Assembly (NCBI RefSeq): GCF_009914755.1
Contig: NC_060941.1
DNA from: the human T2T-CHM13v2.0 reference genome, Homo sapiens
Strand: one strand, 5' to 3'
DNA: 64,000 nt
The translations under genes and the position numbers were made by a program. How positions within the stretch are numbered: the stretch's first letter is position 1; each line of letters begins with the position of its first letter. Below are positions 12,830-25,339 of the stretch, one piece after another. The notes beneath the pieces are model-generated. The model saw only the letters and a program-made list of their open reading frames with translations, was not told where the DNA came from and searched no databases.

Positions 12830-13500
12830 GCTACTTCCCCAGATCTCCTTTCACCCTCCTCTCCACCTCTCTCTGTGCTCCAAGGGGCTGATTTTCTTTC
12901 TTTCTTTCTTTTTGGAAATGGAGTCTCGCTCTGTCACCCAGGATGGAGTGGTGCCATCTCAGCTCACCACAACCTCCACCTCCCAGGTTCAAGCGATTCT
13001 CCTGCCTCAGCCTCCCGAGTGGCTGGGGTTATAGGTGCCCGCCACCACGCTGGCTAATTTTTTTGTATTTTTAGTATAGATGGGGTTTCATCATGTTGGT
13101 CAGCTGGTCTCGAACTCCTGACCTCAGGTAATCCACCCACGTTGGCCTCCCAAAGTGCTGGGATTACAGGCGTGAGCCACCACGCCTGGCCAGCTGACTT
13201 TCATAGAGATGTTCAAGGGGCTGCTTTGCCTTCTGGTTTCAGTTGGGGTAGACCAGTGGAAGGCATGACTGGAGATCAGAAAGCAAGAGGAGAGGGAACT
13301 GGAGTCATGGTTTCCCTAGGTCCCTCCTTGCAGGTACTGGGGTTGTCCACGCCTTTCTGCCTAAGCTGTCCTCTTATGCATCTGCTCTCGCCAATATTCT
13401 GGTACCTGCTCCCATCCATTACTGTTCATACCTGGAACCCTGGGTTGCTACACCATTCCTGGAGGGCTTCCCCTGCATTCAGCTCTCCCCACCCACCTAT
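12830..13500. mobile_element. LTR33-like ERVL LTR split by an Alu
   Basis: 'ctctgtgctccaaggggctga...gccttctggtttcagttggggtagaccagtggaaggca..ggagatcaga'. Confidence 0.5.
12893..13191 (-). mobile_element. AluS
   Basis: Full dimer; imperfect TSD gctgattttc/gctgactttc. Confidence 0.9.
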
Positions 13501-14124
13501 CTGAGCCTGCCCTCTGCTTCTCACCAGCACTGGCTGCTAGCCCAGCCCATGCCTTTCACCAGGTTCTCTGCCTGTCTCCTCAGACTGAAACATCATCTGA
13601 CTTGCTATTTCGTTCTCAACTCTAGCTTTGCTCCTGGAAAAGTGTCCTTTTGGTCCCCATCAGTTCTGTGCTATGTAGCCATGGGCAAGCCCTTTCCCTC
13701 TGCTGTGCACTCCACCATTGTTCCAGATCCCAGCCCAGGTACATGTCCTGGCTCCCACTTGCCCAGATGAGCATATACTGACCTGATACTAACTGGAGAC
13801 TCTTCTGTCTTTAGAGGATGGAGGAGGGAACCGAAAGAGTGGAGGAAGAAAAATACAAAGAAGTGCAAAGATGGGAGATGGATGGGACTCTCTCTGAATA
13901 GCCCCAACTTCCCTCTGGAGAAAATGGACAGTACCAGTGTCATGGTCAGCCTTGGTACCCACTGGGTTTTCTCATTTGCACTGGGAGATGACACATCTTC
14001 TCTGCTTCAGCTCAGGATTACTACTTCCCGATCTCAGCCAGGTCCAAGAAGCAGGGATTCAGGACTTAGCATGTTTGCTTCTGTTGTTGCTCCTAATTTT
14101 CATAGTAGCCAAGCAGAGTAGACA

Positions 14125-14250
14125 TTATGGTCCCTGTTTTACAGTTGAGGAAACTGAGGCGCAGACATTAAGCATCTTGTCCAAGGTCATGTGTTATTCC
14201 TATCAGGACTTGGACCAGAATCCTATCTCCTGACTTCAAATTCCAGGCTG
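14125..14250 (-). mobile_element. MIR
   Basis: 'ttttacagttgaggaaactgaggc...ttgtccaaggtca'. Confidence 0.75.
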
Positions 14251-15864
14251 TTTCTCTGATGCTGTAGTTCCTAGTTTCTGCTCTGAACTGACTTGCGTTC
14301 TATACGCTGAACCGAGGAGTCTGTTCTACAGGTTAATGGGATAATGACTGTCTTTCCTCAATTTGCAGATAGAATACATTAGTACATATAATTTCTTTGA
14401 TTATTCTGTTGTTTTCCACATTTTTGTAGAGTCTTTTGGCACTTATCATCCTATCGTCAATACCTGAATCTCATATAAAATGGGATGTGATTTAGCGTGG
14501 CATTACACAGGTAACTCCAATACCTCAATAGCTCTCAGTGTGTTCTGCACAGACTAGGATGTACTTGCCCCATGCTTTAGGCCCAGATTCATGATTTGAG
14601 AACCACTTTTCCATGATTTTTTCAGTCCAGAAAGGCTAATCTAGACATTTTAAATTCTAGCATGACTAAACAGCAATGACGCCAGAAGTTCTGTGTTCAT
14701 GCAGACTCCAGATGTGGGTCTGCCCCTGGCCTCCCGGGGGAGAGAACTGGGTTCCATGAGTTATGCCTTCAACAGGCACAGGAGTGGGGACTGTTGACTG
14801 CTTGCTGGTAATTTACACACCCTGACCCAGACCTGGCCTCCAGCAGAAGAAAAGAAGCTGATTCCAACCTGTCTTGGTTTTGGCTCTCCTTAGAACATCA
14901 AAGGTGTATGAAAGAGGCTGAGCTTGCCTCATCTCCCCCGCCTGTGTTAAGTGGTGATCAAGATGGCATTAGAGATGATCACATCATATTATTTAAACAT
15001 GATTTTAAATAGCTGTAACAATGGCCAAGCTCCATCTGCAGACCTTGACCGCTGCCCAGCAAAGGGCAGTTGGTTGGCTTACACGATGAGAGCATTGCTG
15101 GCACGCAGGCTTGTCCGTCATCCTCGCTTGCTGGAACTCAGCAGCGAGTCTCTCTGAAGGTGACACAGGCTTTGGTGGGTGGGGTGTGGAGCACGGCCGG
15201 CTGCACCGCTGGAAGTGGGGCGGAGAGGAGCCTGTTACCCGGGAAGTTTAGGGGCATATGGAAGCAGTGACCCCTTCTGGCCAATGGAGGAATGACATAA
15301 ATTTGCTAGCAAGGGAAGACAGGCGGAGAGGTGAACGGCCAGGGAGGCCATGGCGGGGAAGAATGGACTAATGAGAATATCTATTATGACTCGTCTCTTC
15401 AGTTATTCCCTAAGTGGCTGTGTCATCCTATGCCAGCCATCAGAGGGAGGCAGAATAAAAGTGTGTGTCCAGGGAGGATGTGAGCATGACCATGAACCCT
15501 GGCCACTCTCATCTGGAAAGGGCTAGAAGGGAATGGGGTAGTGAGGACCAGCTGTGGAAGCCTCAGGGACAATGGGACATGCATCTGAGAATCTTGGGAG
15601 TGGCCAATGCTCCTGGTACTGGGAGGCTTGGGGTGCCGGAGGTCAGCAGCCACCCCTCCTCGAGCTCTGTCAGCCAGGGATTCCTGGAGATAGTTTCCAC
15701 CGCCTTTGGAGAGGTGGGCCATCCTGGAGGCTGGTGTGAAACAGAGTCCTCTCCCTGTTCTGTCCTAGAGTCGGACAGAACAGAGTCAGGCTCAGCTCTT
15801 CTCAGCTGCTGACCTGCTCTGTGGTCAAAGACGGTAGCCCCTCCCAGCTTGGGTGTGCTCCCCT

Positions 15865-15910
15865 GCAAAGCAAAGCAAAGCAAAGCAAAGCAAAGCAAAG
15901 CAAACAAAGC
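15865..15910. repeat. (GCAAA)n pentanucleotide microsatellite
   Basis: About 9 GCAAA units. Confidence 0.9.
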
Positions 15911-16339
15911 ATGTAGCCCCTCCCAGCTTAGATGTACTCCCTGCAAAGCGGGCAGGGTATAGGGCTTTATGGAGAAGACCCGTTGATATCATGGTTTCCA
16001 AAGGGCCTGACAGTAGGTGCTCATTACGACTCCCTTGCTAGCCCTGTAGGCCGGTCATTTCAGACTGCTCCGCAAGCCCCTCATGCCTCCCCGCCTTTGC
16101 ACACACCATTCCTTCTTCTTGGACAACCTCTCCTTTCCTGGCCCATCTGGTCTACCTGGTCTACTCGGGCACATTCAACTTGTTCTTCAGGGCTTGGTTC
16201 AAGGCCTTCCTGGACTGCTGCCCTGATCGCCATGCAGAGTTAACCACTTCCTCATCTATGCGCCTCTAACACTGTAGCTATACCAAGCGCACTGTGGTAC
16301 TTACTTATTTGCATAATAACATCATTACATTCTAAAAAT

Positions 16340-16522
16340 GACAGCAGCTATGAATTGTTGGGCACTTTCTGTCTGCCAGGCACTGAATGGTGAGCGTGCT
16401 GTGGATGATCTCATTTCAGCCTCACAGTAGTCAGTGAAGGAGGTGCAATTGTTATCCTGTTTAAGGATATACTAAAAGGAGGTCTTGGAGAGGATAGGTC
16501 ACTCACCCAGCCTCACACAGCT
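16340..16522 (-). mobile_element. MIR
   Basis: 'gggcactttctgtctgccaggcactg...atctcatttcagcctcac...actcacccagcctcacacagct'. Confidence 0.65.
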
Positions 16523-16524
16523 GC

Positions 16525-16708
16525 AGTGGTCCTCCACAAAAGGGCTTGATTTGGGGCATTTGCCAATTTCCATGGTGTAAATATTCCAAGGATGATAATT
16601 TTAAACTAATGATGCTTTGATGATGGGCTTGTAGTATTCCTGAAAATTTAGCCATAGGCTCCCATGAGCTGGTACAAACTGGCATGAACTGGTTGCAATG
16701 TGTCACTG
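16525..16708. mobile_element. MER63-like hAT MITE
   Basis: 'tttgccaatttccatggtgtaaatattcc...ttcctgaaaatttagccataggctcccatgagctggtac'. Confidence 0.65.
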
Positions 16709-17687
16709 CGACAGCTCTCTGTATCTCAGGAGCAGGGACTAGGTTTTAATAACTCACGACCCCGAGTGCCCTGCACAGTGACTGGAGCTTAGTAGCTGCT
16801 AAATTAATGTTGGTGACATGAGATGGATTTCAGAGCATAGAGGGCAGGGGCAGAGGCTGCCTGGATGGCGCACCCCAACAGGACACTGCCTTTCTCCTCC
16901 TCTGAGTGGATGTTGTCTGACAGACTCACATTTCAAACTGAGCGCAGGTGCAGTGGGCTGTCAGGGGCAGCAGAGGCCTCTGGGCTGGGAACAGATGTCA
17001 CATCTGGGCATCTGACAGGAGAAGCTTGTGGAGAAACCAGGAGAGGTTCAGCCTCCAGCCTCAGGTCCTGGCTCCCGCCAGCCTTCCAGGGCTCGATTCT
17101 CCCGGGACAAGTAGAGGGGCTGCTGCATGCCAAGCTGTCATCCTGGTCAGGCCAGGTCAAAACCGAGGCAGGGTCCTCTTTGAATGTATGTGTTTGTGTG
17201 TGCGTGCACATGTGGGGGCCGGAGGAGCTGAGGATCACATGGGAAAACCGTGTGTGTTTATGTGTGAGAGAGAGAGTGTGTGTGTGAGTGTGTGTGTGTG
17301 TAAATGAGAAACTTTTATCCCCACAAAAATAAGGATGTGAGATTTTATTTTATCCAGCTGATGCCAGAACAAGGCACTCATAGTTAGCCACAGAGGCACT
17401 AACTAGAGTGTTAATGCATGCCTGAACAGGGCAAGAACCGGGAAGGGAGTGCCAGGAGAAGAGACTTCCAGAGATCACTCAGGTCCCCGTGATGGGCAGC
17501 CTGTGCACAAGGGGTCTGGAGCAGTGAGAAGATGAACCTGCCAAGGCCCAGAACCATTCCTGGAGCCAGGTGAGAAATGCCTGGGTCAGTGAGTGTCAGC
17601 GTTGGCTGCAACAGCGATTCTAAAACTCGAGTGCTCATCAGTGTCAGCAAGGGCAACGTGCACAGTCTCACAGGTCCCACCCAAACA

Positions 17688-18020
17688 CAGAAAGACCCGC
17701 ACTCAGAAAGACCCCCACACTCAGAAAGACCCCCACACTCAGAAAGGCCCTCACACTCAGAAAGACCCCCACACTCAGACAGACCCTCAAACTCAGAAAG
17801 ACCCTCATACTCAGAAAGACCCCCACACTCAGATCCCGCACTCAGAAAGACCCCCACACTCAGAAAGATCCCCACACTCAGAAAGACCCCCGCACTCAGA
17901 AAGACCCCCCACTCAGAAAGACCCTCACACTCAGAGAGACCCCCATACTCAGAAAGAACCCCACACTCAGATCCCACACTCAGAAAGACGCCTGCACTCA
18001 GAAAGACCCCGCACTCAGAA
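17688..18020. repeat. Minisatellite, ~18 bp unit CACTCAGAAAGACCCCCC-like, ~18-19 copies
   Basis: Direct tandem repeats of 'cactcagaaagacccc' with shorter variant units. Confidence 0.95.
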
Positions 18021-18503
18021 GGGTTTAGTAGTCTGCTGTTGCCATCCTGAGATTCTTAATATTTTTTGAATAAGGGGCTCCACATTTTCATTTTGCCCTG
18101 ATCCCCACAAAGGACATAGCTGGCCCTCCCTGAGGTACCTGTAAAAACCCACGTTGCTGGGTACCTGCCAAGAATTTCTGATTCAGAGAATCCTCGGAGC
18201 CAGAGGAATGGGGTAGCGCCGGGGGATCCCAGCAGAGGGAAGGCTTGTCCAGACGAGCTCTGTGGCCGGGTCACAGCTGCTGCTGCTTCCGAGTCAGAAG
18301 TCAAGAGGGTGCAAGGGGGCCAGCTCAGCTCAAACCTTTATTTCTCAAAGGGTCAGAAAGCCCAAAGGCCAGCGCTGGCTTTCAATGCACGGGAAGGAAT
18401 TGAGGGTGAAGGTGTGAGAATGGACATACACAACCCAAAAGATCAGATCTCAGAAGGAGTAGGCAAATCTGGGGTGGAAAACGGAGTCTGAAATTGGCTG
18501 CTG

Positions 18504-18620
18504 GGAGGGCATGGTGGCTCACGACTGTAATCTCAGTGCTTTGGGAAACGGAGGAGGGAGGATTGCTTGAGTCCAGGAGTTCGAGGCTGCAGCGAACTAT
18601 GATGGCAGCGAACTGAGTCA
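18504..18620 (+). mobile_element. Alu monomer (FAM/FRAM-like)
   Basis: 'gggcatggtggctcacgactgtaatctcag...gattgcttgagtccaggagttcgaggctgcagcgaactatgat'. Confidence 0.7.
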
Positions 18621-18964
18621 CATGAAGCAACGTACCTGTATCTGCCCCATTCGTTCAGGAGCAAGTTGTTCAATGAGGGCTACTTGCACTCTAGAGAAAG
18701 GTTAACGTGCTGTCTGTTGGATGCACTGGGCCAGCAGAATGGTGAGTGGAAGGTTTTAAGCTCCCAGGACATAAGATGGTGGAAGTCTGAGGTATCCCAC
18801 AGCCCTAATGGTAGGCTGGAGTTTTCTGCCTTGAGGAGGTTGTGGGACTATTTTTAGCACGTTTTCCACTACAAAATGAGTTCTCACTGACCTGTGTTGG
18901 AGGCTGAATCCCACTATTTAAGAACTGTTTCTTCCATATAAAGGAGAGGGTGCTTAACTGGAGA

Positions 18965-19122
18965 TTACAGACCTCTTGGGAGTCAACGGATGTGCCCCGG
19001 AAGGTCCACATGCCCTGCTGAAATTGTTTGTGAAATTTAGTGTGTGTTATAGACACATATTTTTTCCTGGGGAGAGGATCTGTAGCTTTCATCAGATTCT
19101 CAAAGGGTTCTGTGACCCCCCT
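18965..19122. mobile_element. hAT-Charlie-type MITE fragment
   Basis: 'ggggagaggatctgtagctttcatcagattctcaaagggttctgtgaccc'; subfamily uncertain. Confidence 0.55.
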
Positions 19123-19129
19123 CATGAAA

Positions 19130-19730
19130 GGATTTATCGAAATGGTTTGTCTAAAAGGGGGATTATTCAGTAAATAGTGTCAGAATAACTGGCCAACCCT
19201 TTGAAAAAAAATAATAAAGCAGTATCCTTACCTAACTCCTTATACCCAAATATATCCCCGATGGGTCAAGGATTAACATACTAAAGAAAAAAATGAAGCA
19301 ATAAAAGTTACGGAAGACATTTGGGTAAATATATTTACAATGTTGGAGTTGGAAACCAGTTTCCAAAGTGGGAAACGAAAACCAGGAGCCACACAGGAAA
19401 AGACTGATCAATCTAGTTCAGAAAAACGAAAGCATCAGTGTGGGTAAAATCAAGACAAAAGACTATTGAGGTCGAAAGACAAGGAGTAAATGGGAAGTCA
19501 TATTTGTAGCACCAATCACAGACAAGAAGCCAATTTATTAACTTATGATGCATTTAGATAACGCATAAGAAAAAAATTAAAATAACTAAATATAAAGACA
19601 TACCTACAATGTGGGTAAGCAGTCAACACTGAAAGAAAGACAGCCAACAAAAAGATTAAAGAAATGCAAATGGATACCAACAATTGGATTATCATTTTTT
19701 TAACCTCACAGATTGACCAAAATTTATATT
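19130..19730 (+). mobile_element. Old L1 (L1M/L1ME) ORF2 3' fragment
   Basis: A-rich; 'ttattcagtaaatagtgtcagaataactgg..tccttacctaactccttatacc', 'ttaaagaaatgcaaat'. Confidence 0.7.
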
Positions 19731-20077
19731 GACGGTGTTTTATTATATGGATGTTTTATATTTTATTTCATCTTGTGTTTGCTATTTGGATTGCATCTGG
19801 TTCTCAGGTATTAGAAACAATGTTGTCAAGAACAATTTTGTAGTTACATCCATCATTATTTACTTCAACGCCTGAAGCATCACCAACATTTAGCGTCATG
19901 TAGCTGATCTTGTCCCTTCCAAAGGGATCAGAGCATACAGGCTGGAGCCAGGGTCATAGCACAGAGTTGTAGCCCTCCTGGGAATGGTAGCCCTGGATGT
20001 CGAGATGGAAAATGTGGTAAATTATATTCAATAAGTGTCCATTATGTGCAAATTGTGTGCTGGGTACTTTTGAACAA

Positions 20078-20362
20078 TTTTATTTTATTTAAGACAGAGT
20101 CTCACTTTGTCACCCAGGGCGGAGTGCAGTGGCATGATCTCAGCTCACTGCAACCTCCGCCTCCCAGGTTCAAGCGATTCTCATGCCTCAGCTGGAATTA
20201 CAGGCATGTGCCACCACGCCCGGCTAATTTTTTTGTATTTTTAGTAGAGACACGGTTTCACCATGTTGGCCAAGCTGATCTCGAACTCCTGATCTCAAGT
20301 GATCTGACTGCCTCCGCCTCCCAGAGTGCTGGGATTACAGGAGTGAGCCACTGCGCCTGGCC
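20078..20362 (-). mobile_element. AluS inserted in an antisense MIR (~20030-20500)
   Basis: Dimer; TSD GGTACTTTTGAA at 20063 and 20364. Confidence 0.88.
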
Positions 20363-21304
20363 TGGTACTTTTGAATATATTAGCCATCTCACTTCACAAC
20401 AAGAAGAAATCAAGCCAGCATTTCCCCCCATTGTACAGATGCAAAAACAAGATCAGAAAGGTTTAGTAATTTCCCCAGATTGCACAGTGAGGTAAGATGC
20501 AGATCCCTCCGGCCGAAAGCCCGTGTTCTTCTCTCCTTGCCAGCTGTCTGTTGAGAGCAGCAGCAGGTAATTGGTGGTGTACTTCTGGAGGGTGGGGAGA
20601 CCAGGAGGGAAGAAAGCCACTGCCAGGGAGGCGGAAGGACCCCCAAAGACAATTTTGTCTCTATTTACAATTTTCCCAAAGGTTGACCCTGCCCCTGGGT
20701 GCCCTGATGTGTTTTCTTCAAGGGAACATTCTGCGTGGGAGGCTCAGAGGTTGTCTCTGTGAGTTCGTACAAGGAATGGATGATAAATAGCAATGGGCCT
20801 TGTTCTGCCTCCCTGCGCCTCGTGACTCTTTAGGTGCATTTAAATGGGCCACCCGGGTTGACTCTAAGCTGTCATTGCCCACGTGTGCATGCAAGCTTTC
20901 ACAGAGCTCAGCAACGGAAAAGACATTTCTCCATTCCCTCTGGTCCCAGGCAATTCAAAACCTTTCTCATCTAATTGCTCTTCTTAACCCTTCTAATTGC
21001 TGTTACGTTGCTGTTCTTCCCCCGCTAAGCCAGCTGACTCGTCTTCCCTACCTTCATACTCCATCAGACCACTCCCCACACCAGGTCACCCAATTAAGTA
21101 ACCATGTTCAGGTGAAAGTCTTCACAAACCAAGAGCAGGTACCGTGTTACCTTTTAAATAAATTCTAAAGACCCAACACTGTCAGAAGGAGTTTGGGGGC
21201 TCAGAGTTGATTTTCTAAGAGGAACCTCTACTCTAAACCATACCATGTCTCCAGAGCTGTAGCCAGAGGAGATGAACTGTGACTCTGGGGAAGCGGAACT
21301 ATGA

Positions 21305-21736
<432 letters not shown>

Positions 21737-21759
21737 TAAAGACATGAAAACACAGTGAG

Positions 21760-22270
21760 AGACAGTGTAGAAAGTATCAAATGACTTTTTAAAGTGTACA
21801 GATTCTTTGACCGCCTGCACAATTTTACTCCTACGAATTTATCTTAAGGAAAGACTCCGATTTGTACAAAGATCTATGTACAATATGTTCTTCTCAGAAT
21901 CTTCTATGCTATCGGAGAAACGGAAACCAACTAATTATTCAATAAAAGGGACTGACCAAGAAAATGAATGTGGCTATTAAAAACCGTGCTGTAAGAAAGA
22001 TAGTGACGTGGCAGAATGGTCATAATGGACTAGTATCAGGGGAGGGGGGCATGAATGATAGGGAAAGCAGGCTAGAAAATAGTATGTACAATGGTACGTG
22101 TGTTTATAAAGAAAAAGGACTGGGAGGAGAGGGAAAGAAGGCTAGAAATCTCTGCAGCAAAAATGTTAAAGAGGTTTCCTCCAGGGTAGAGAATTATGAG
22201 CAATTTTTCTTTTTCTTGTGCTTTTTGGTTTTCCACTTTTACTACATTGAGCTCCTTTGTAATTAGGAAA
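21760..22270 (+). mobile_element. Old L1ME 3' fragment
   Basis: 'aattttactcctacgaatttatcttaaggaa...gatctatgtacaatatgttc...ggaaaccaactaa'. Confidence 0.6.
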
Positions 22271-23370
22271 ACCAGGTTTTTAAAAGAGGTGGTTCTGTTA
22301 CAGGTCCTTTGGTCCAGCGTTCTGTAGTTGCCACGGGCTGTGGTGGGAGCCTGGAGGTGTCTGCTCAGGGAAGGGCAGCTGCCAGGTGGGGTCCAGGAGG
22401 CAGGTGGCTATGCAAGCAGCTCAGCTTGTAGGATAGGTGAGCTTGGCTCATGGACTCTCCTCCCGTGATCACTTTTCCCACCTCCCCCCTCCCCCCACCG
22501 ATCCCACAGGGGACAATCAGTATCCCAAATACCCAGCCTGTTAGACATAGTGTTTGATCGAAGATCGAGTTCCTCGGATTGAGGCTGGGTTGAAAAATGA
22601 CCCATATGTCCCTAGAGATGGAGCAGAGCTGGAGCGGAGCTTAGAATTTACAACCCAGCCTCCCAGCGCTGGGCCTGGACACCACGCAATTTTGACAGAT
22701 GATTCTCATGAGAAACTTTCAGTTTCCATTTGATTATGGGCCCATAAACACAGATTGCAATTGAACAGAGTTAGGGCTCTGCCTGGATTGGACCTGCCAG
22801 GGCTCAGGGAGCCTTACTGGATGGCTCTGGCCTGCCTGTCACCTGCTGGTTCTGAGCTGCTGCCTACAGCTATGCATGTGTTGTGATGTGGCTGTTGGAC
22901 GTATCCACATGCATCTCTTATGTGGGCGTCTGCCTCTCCCATTAGCCTGGGCAGGGATTGTCTTTCCGATGGATCATCTAATCCTACCATCTTTGGGTGG
23001 TAGTTGTCCCTGCTGGTTATAGGAGGTTTCAGCTAACTTTGGTTTAGGGTTCACCATCTTGCTTTTACTTTTTCACTCACTCACTCATTCATTCATTCAC
23101 CATTTGACATTATTGAGCAGCTGTCATGTGTCAGAATACGGACTTAGTAATACCAGGCGGACTCAGGGATACCAAGAATAAAGTCTCACTGCTAGCGTCA
23201 GAGGAGTCATACTTAAGACCGTGTCACATGCATTAATTTAGAAAAACGTTCAGGGAGCTAAGAGAACACAGAGGATAAACCCCTAGGCAGGAGGGAGAAG
23301 CCAGCCTGGGCTACCAGGAAGGGAGGCTGTTCACTCAATTCATCTCAGCAAGTGTCTGGAGTAGCTGCAC

Positions 23371-23632
23371 TAGGCTAGACCCCCAGAGGATTAGACAGAG
23401 ATAGTGCAGTGGCACAAGCTAGACCACCTGAGGATTAGACAGAGATAGTGCAGTGGCATAGGCTAGACCACCTGAGGATTAGACAGAGCTAGTACAGTGG
23501 CATAGGCTAGACCACCTGAGGATTAGACAGAGATAGTGCAGTGGCACAGGCTAGACCCCCTGAGGATTAGACAGAGATAGTACAATGGTGTAGGCTAGAC
23601 CCCCTGAGGATTAGACAGAGATGGTGCAGTGC
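23371..23632. repeat. Minisatellite, 44 bp x 6
   Basis: Unit aggctagaccacctgaggattagacagagatagtgcagtggcat at 23372, 23416, 23460, 23504, 23548, 23592. Confidence 0.97.
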
Positions 23633-23819
23633 CAGTGTTCCTACCCCCATATTGCTTATCATTGTTGAGTATTTCTTCCAGCATTCTAGGATAAGACTGC
23701 TTCTTTCTCATTCCCCCTGTGGGGTAAATATTAGGAGTTGCTTCAGGACCCTTGAGCAAGGGGACAAGACAAACCTATAGCAGAGTGACACCTGCGGGGT
23801 CTGGAGTCTTCAGCTGGAA

Positions 23820-24265
23820 TGAATTCAACAAATACTCACCTTGTGCCAGGCACTGTTCAAAGCACTGGGCAAGCAGAAGAGCCAAAGAGGCAAAGTCCAT
23901 ATTCCACTGGGGAGAAAGAGAAAGAGATCATCGTCGAAGGCGCACGTGCATAGGTCAAGTGCATAGGGTCAAGTGCAGAGGAGTGCAAGGAAGAGACTTC
24001 AGTCAGAGAACAGCTGAGAGAGGACGGAGGGCAAGTCCATGTTTATACACAGGCAGAGACGACGGCAGCTTGGACTGTGGTGGCAACAGAGGAAGTGGCT
24101 GGAGGTGACCGGACTGTAGATGCATTTTGAAAGTAGAGCTTTTAGAGCGAGGGGTGTGGGAGACAGAGAGGAGTGGAGGATGATTCGAGGGTTTCCAGCT
24201 TGAGAACTGGGGAGTGAGTTGCTGTTTACTGAGGCAGAGGAGCCTGGGAGAGAAACAGGTCTGGG
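23820..24265 (-). mobile_element. L2 fragments
   Basis: 'attcaacaaatact..tgtgccaggcactgttc', 'gggagacagagaggagtggaggatgattc..ggtttccagcttgagaactgg'. Confidence 0.6.
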
Positions 24266-24533
24266 GGAAGCCACTTCTGTCCCATAACTGTAGCACTTGA
24301 CGGTTGTCCCAGGGGACTCTCACGTGCCCCCCCGCCTCCCCCGCCTCACAGTTCCTGACCGGTGCTGTGATGTGCCCTGTCTTTTTGTGACCCCTGCGTC
24401 GGCCTTTCTTCCTCGGCTGATGCACCATTTGCACTGACCTCTGTGCTGCAAATGCAGCAGCCAGGCTTTTTGCACAAGCCTTTTTGCTCAAGGCCAGTTG
24501 CTGCTGGGAGAAAATGCCTGTCCTTGCAGGGTT

Positions 24534-25338
24534 CCCCGCCTAGCGCAAACCACAGCACACTGCCACTCAGAGCCCAAGGTGACCTTCCCACCCTGGGCGT
24601 GGGAGTCAGGCAATTCAGCACCAGCCCTGGGCCCCCAGGCCTGTGGATGCTGCTGCCTCTTTGCCGTGCTGTGCGCGGCGCCGGCTCCTTGTCCATAGAA
24701 ACATCCCAGCCCACTCAGCGGCTTGCGAGGCCTCCCGCCCCGGGTCTGGTTTGCACCAGCCTCTTTTGTGTACCAGCTGCTCCGGCCGCCGCTCTTTCAT
24801 CCCTGCTCCTGGGAGGGCCTGGCTCCGCACCCTGCACAAACACATCTGGACTTCTTCAGACCACATGACAGGAACAGCTGCTGCCAGAAAGAAAAGGACA
24901 CAGTGGCCCTTTTGTAATCACTCTTGATTGTCTCCAGCCGTAGGGCACTTGTGTTTTGGTCATGGATTTAAGGACTTCCAAGATGTTTCTAGGAGCATAT
25001 TATTGCCCCAGGCCTGGCTGTGCCTTCTGTGGTCCAGGTGGCAGCAGGAAAGGGTAGAGGCATTGGGACCGAGCAAAGAGGCTCCTGTAAGTGTGTCCTG
25101 AGGCTTCCACCTTCTAGGATAGAACAGGGCACACAAGGAGGAAGAAGGCAGCGATGTGGCTGTCACCCGCCGTAGCCACCTGCTGGTATGGCTGACACCA
25201 GCCCTGGGCCCCGAGACAACAGCAACTGCAGGCCTTGAGGCCCAGCGCTGGTGCTGAATCTCCTGTCTCCTGTGCACAGGACAGGAAGGTCACCTTGGGC
25301 TCTGAGCTAGAGTGTGCTGTGGCTTGCGCTAGACGGGG
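24534..25338. repeat. Inverted repeat, 126-bp arms (24534-24659 and 25213-25338), 553-bp spacer
   Basis: Manual gapless alignment of arm 1 with the reverse complement of arm 2 gives about 102/126 identities, including an exact CTCAGAGCCCAAGGTGACCTTCC. Confidence 0.9.
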
Positions 25339-25339
25339 C

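Noticed and set aside
12461-13057. 198-aa ORF (similarly 46287-46907 and 46751-47341)
   Set aside because: Runs through LTR and Alu sequence; contains typical Alu-derived peptides.
17411-18069. ORFs with (SERPPH)n / (LSECGG)n repeats
   Set aside because: Products of the 18-bp VNTR; no splice or coding context.
22581-22662. 12-18 bp inverted repeat (gaggctgggttg / caacccagcctc) as a possible miRNA hairpin
   Set aside because: Short stem with a large unpaired loop, probably within a decayed MIR.
23371-23632. Regularly spaced repeats resembling a CRISPR array (also 31175-31449, 42805-43134, 53855-54390)
   Set aside because: Head-to-tail tandem units with no unique spacers, no cas genes, in primate DNA.
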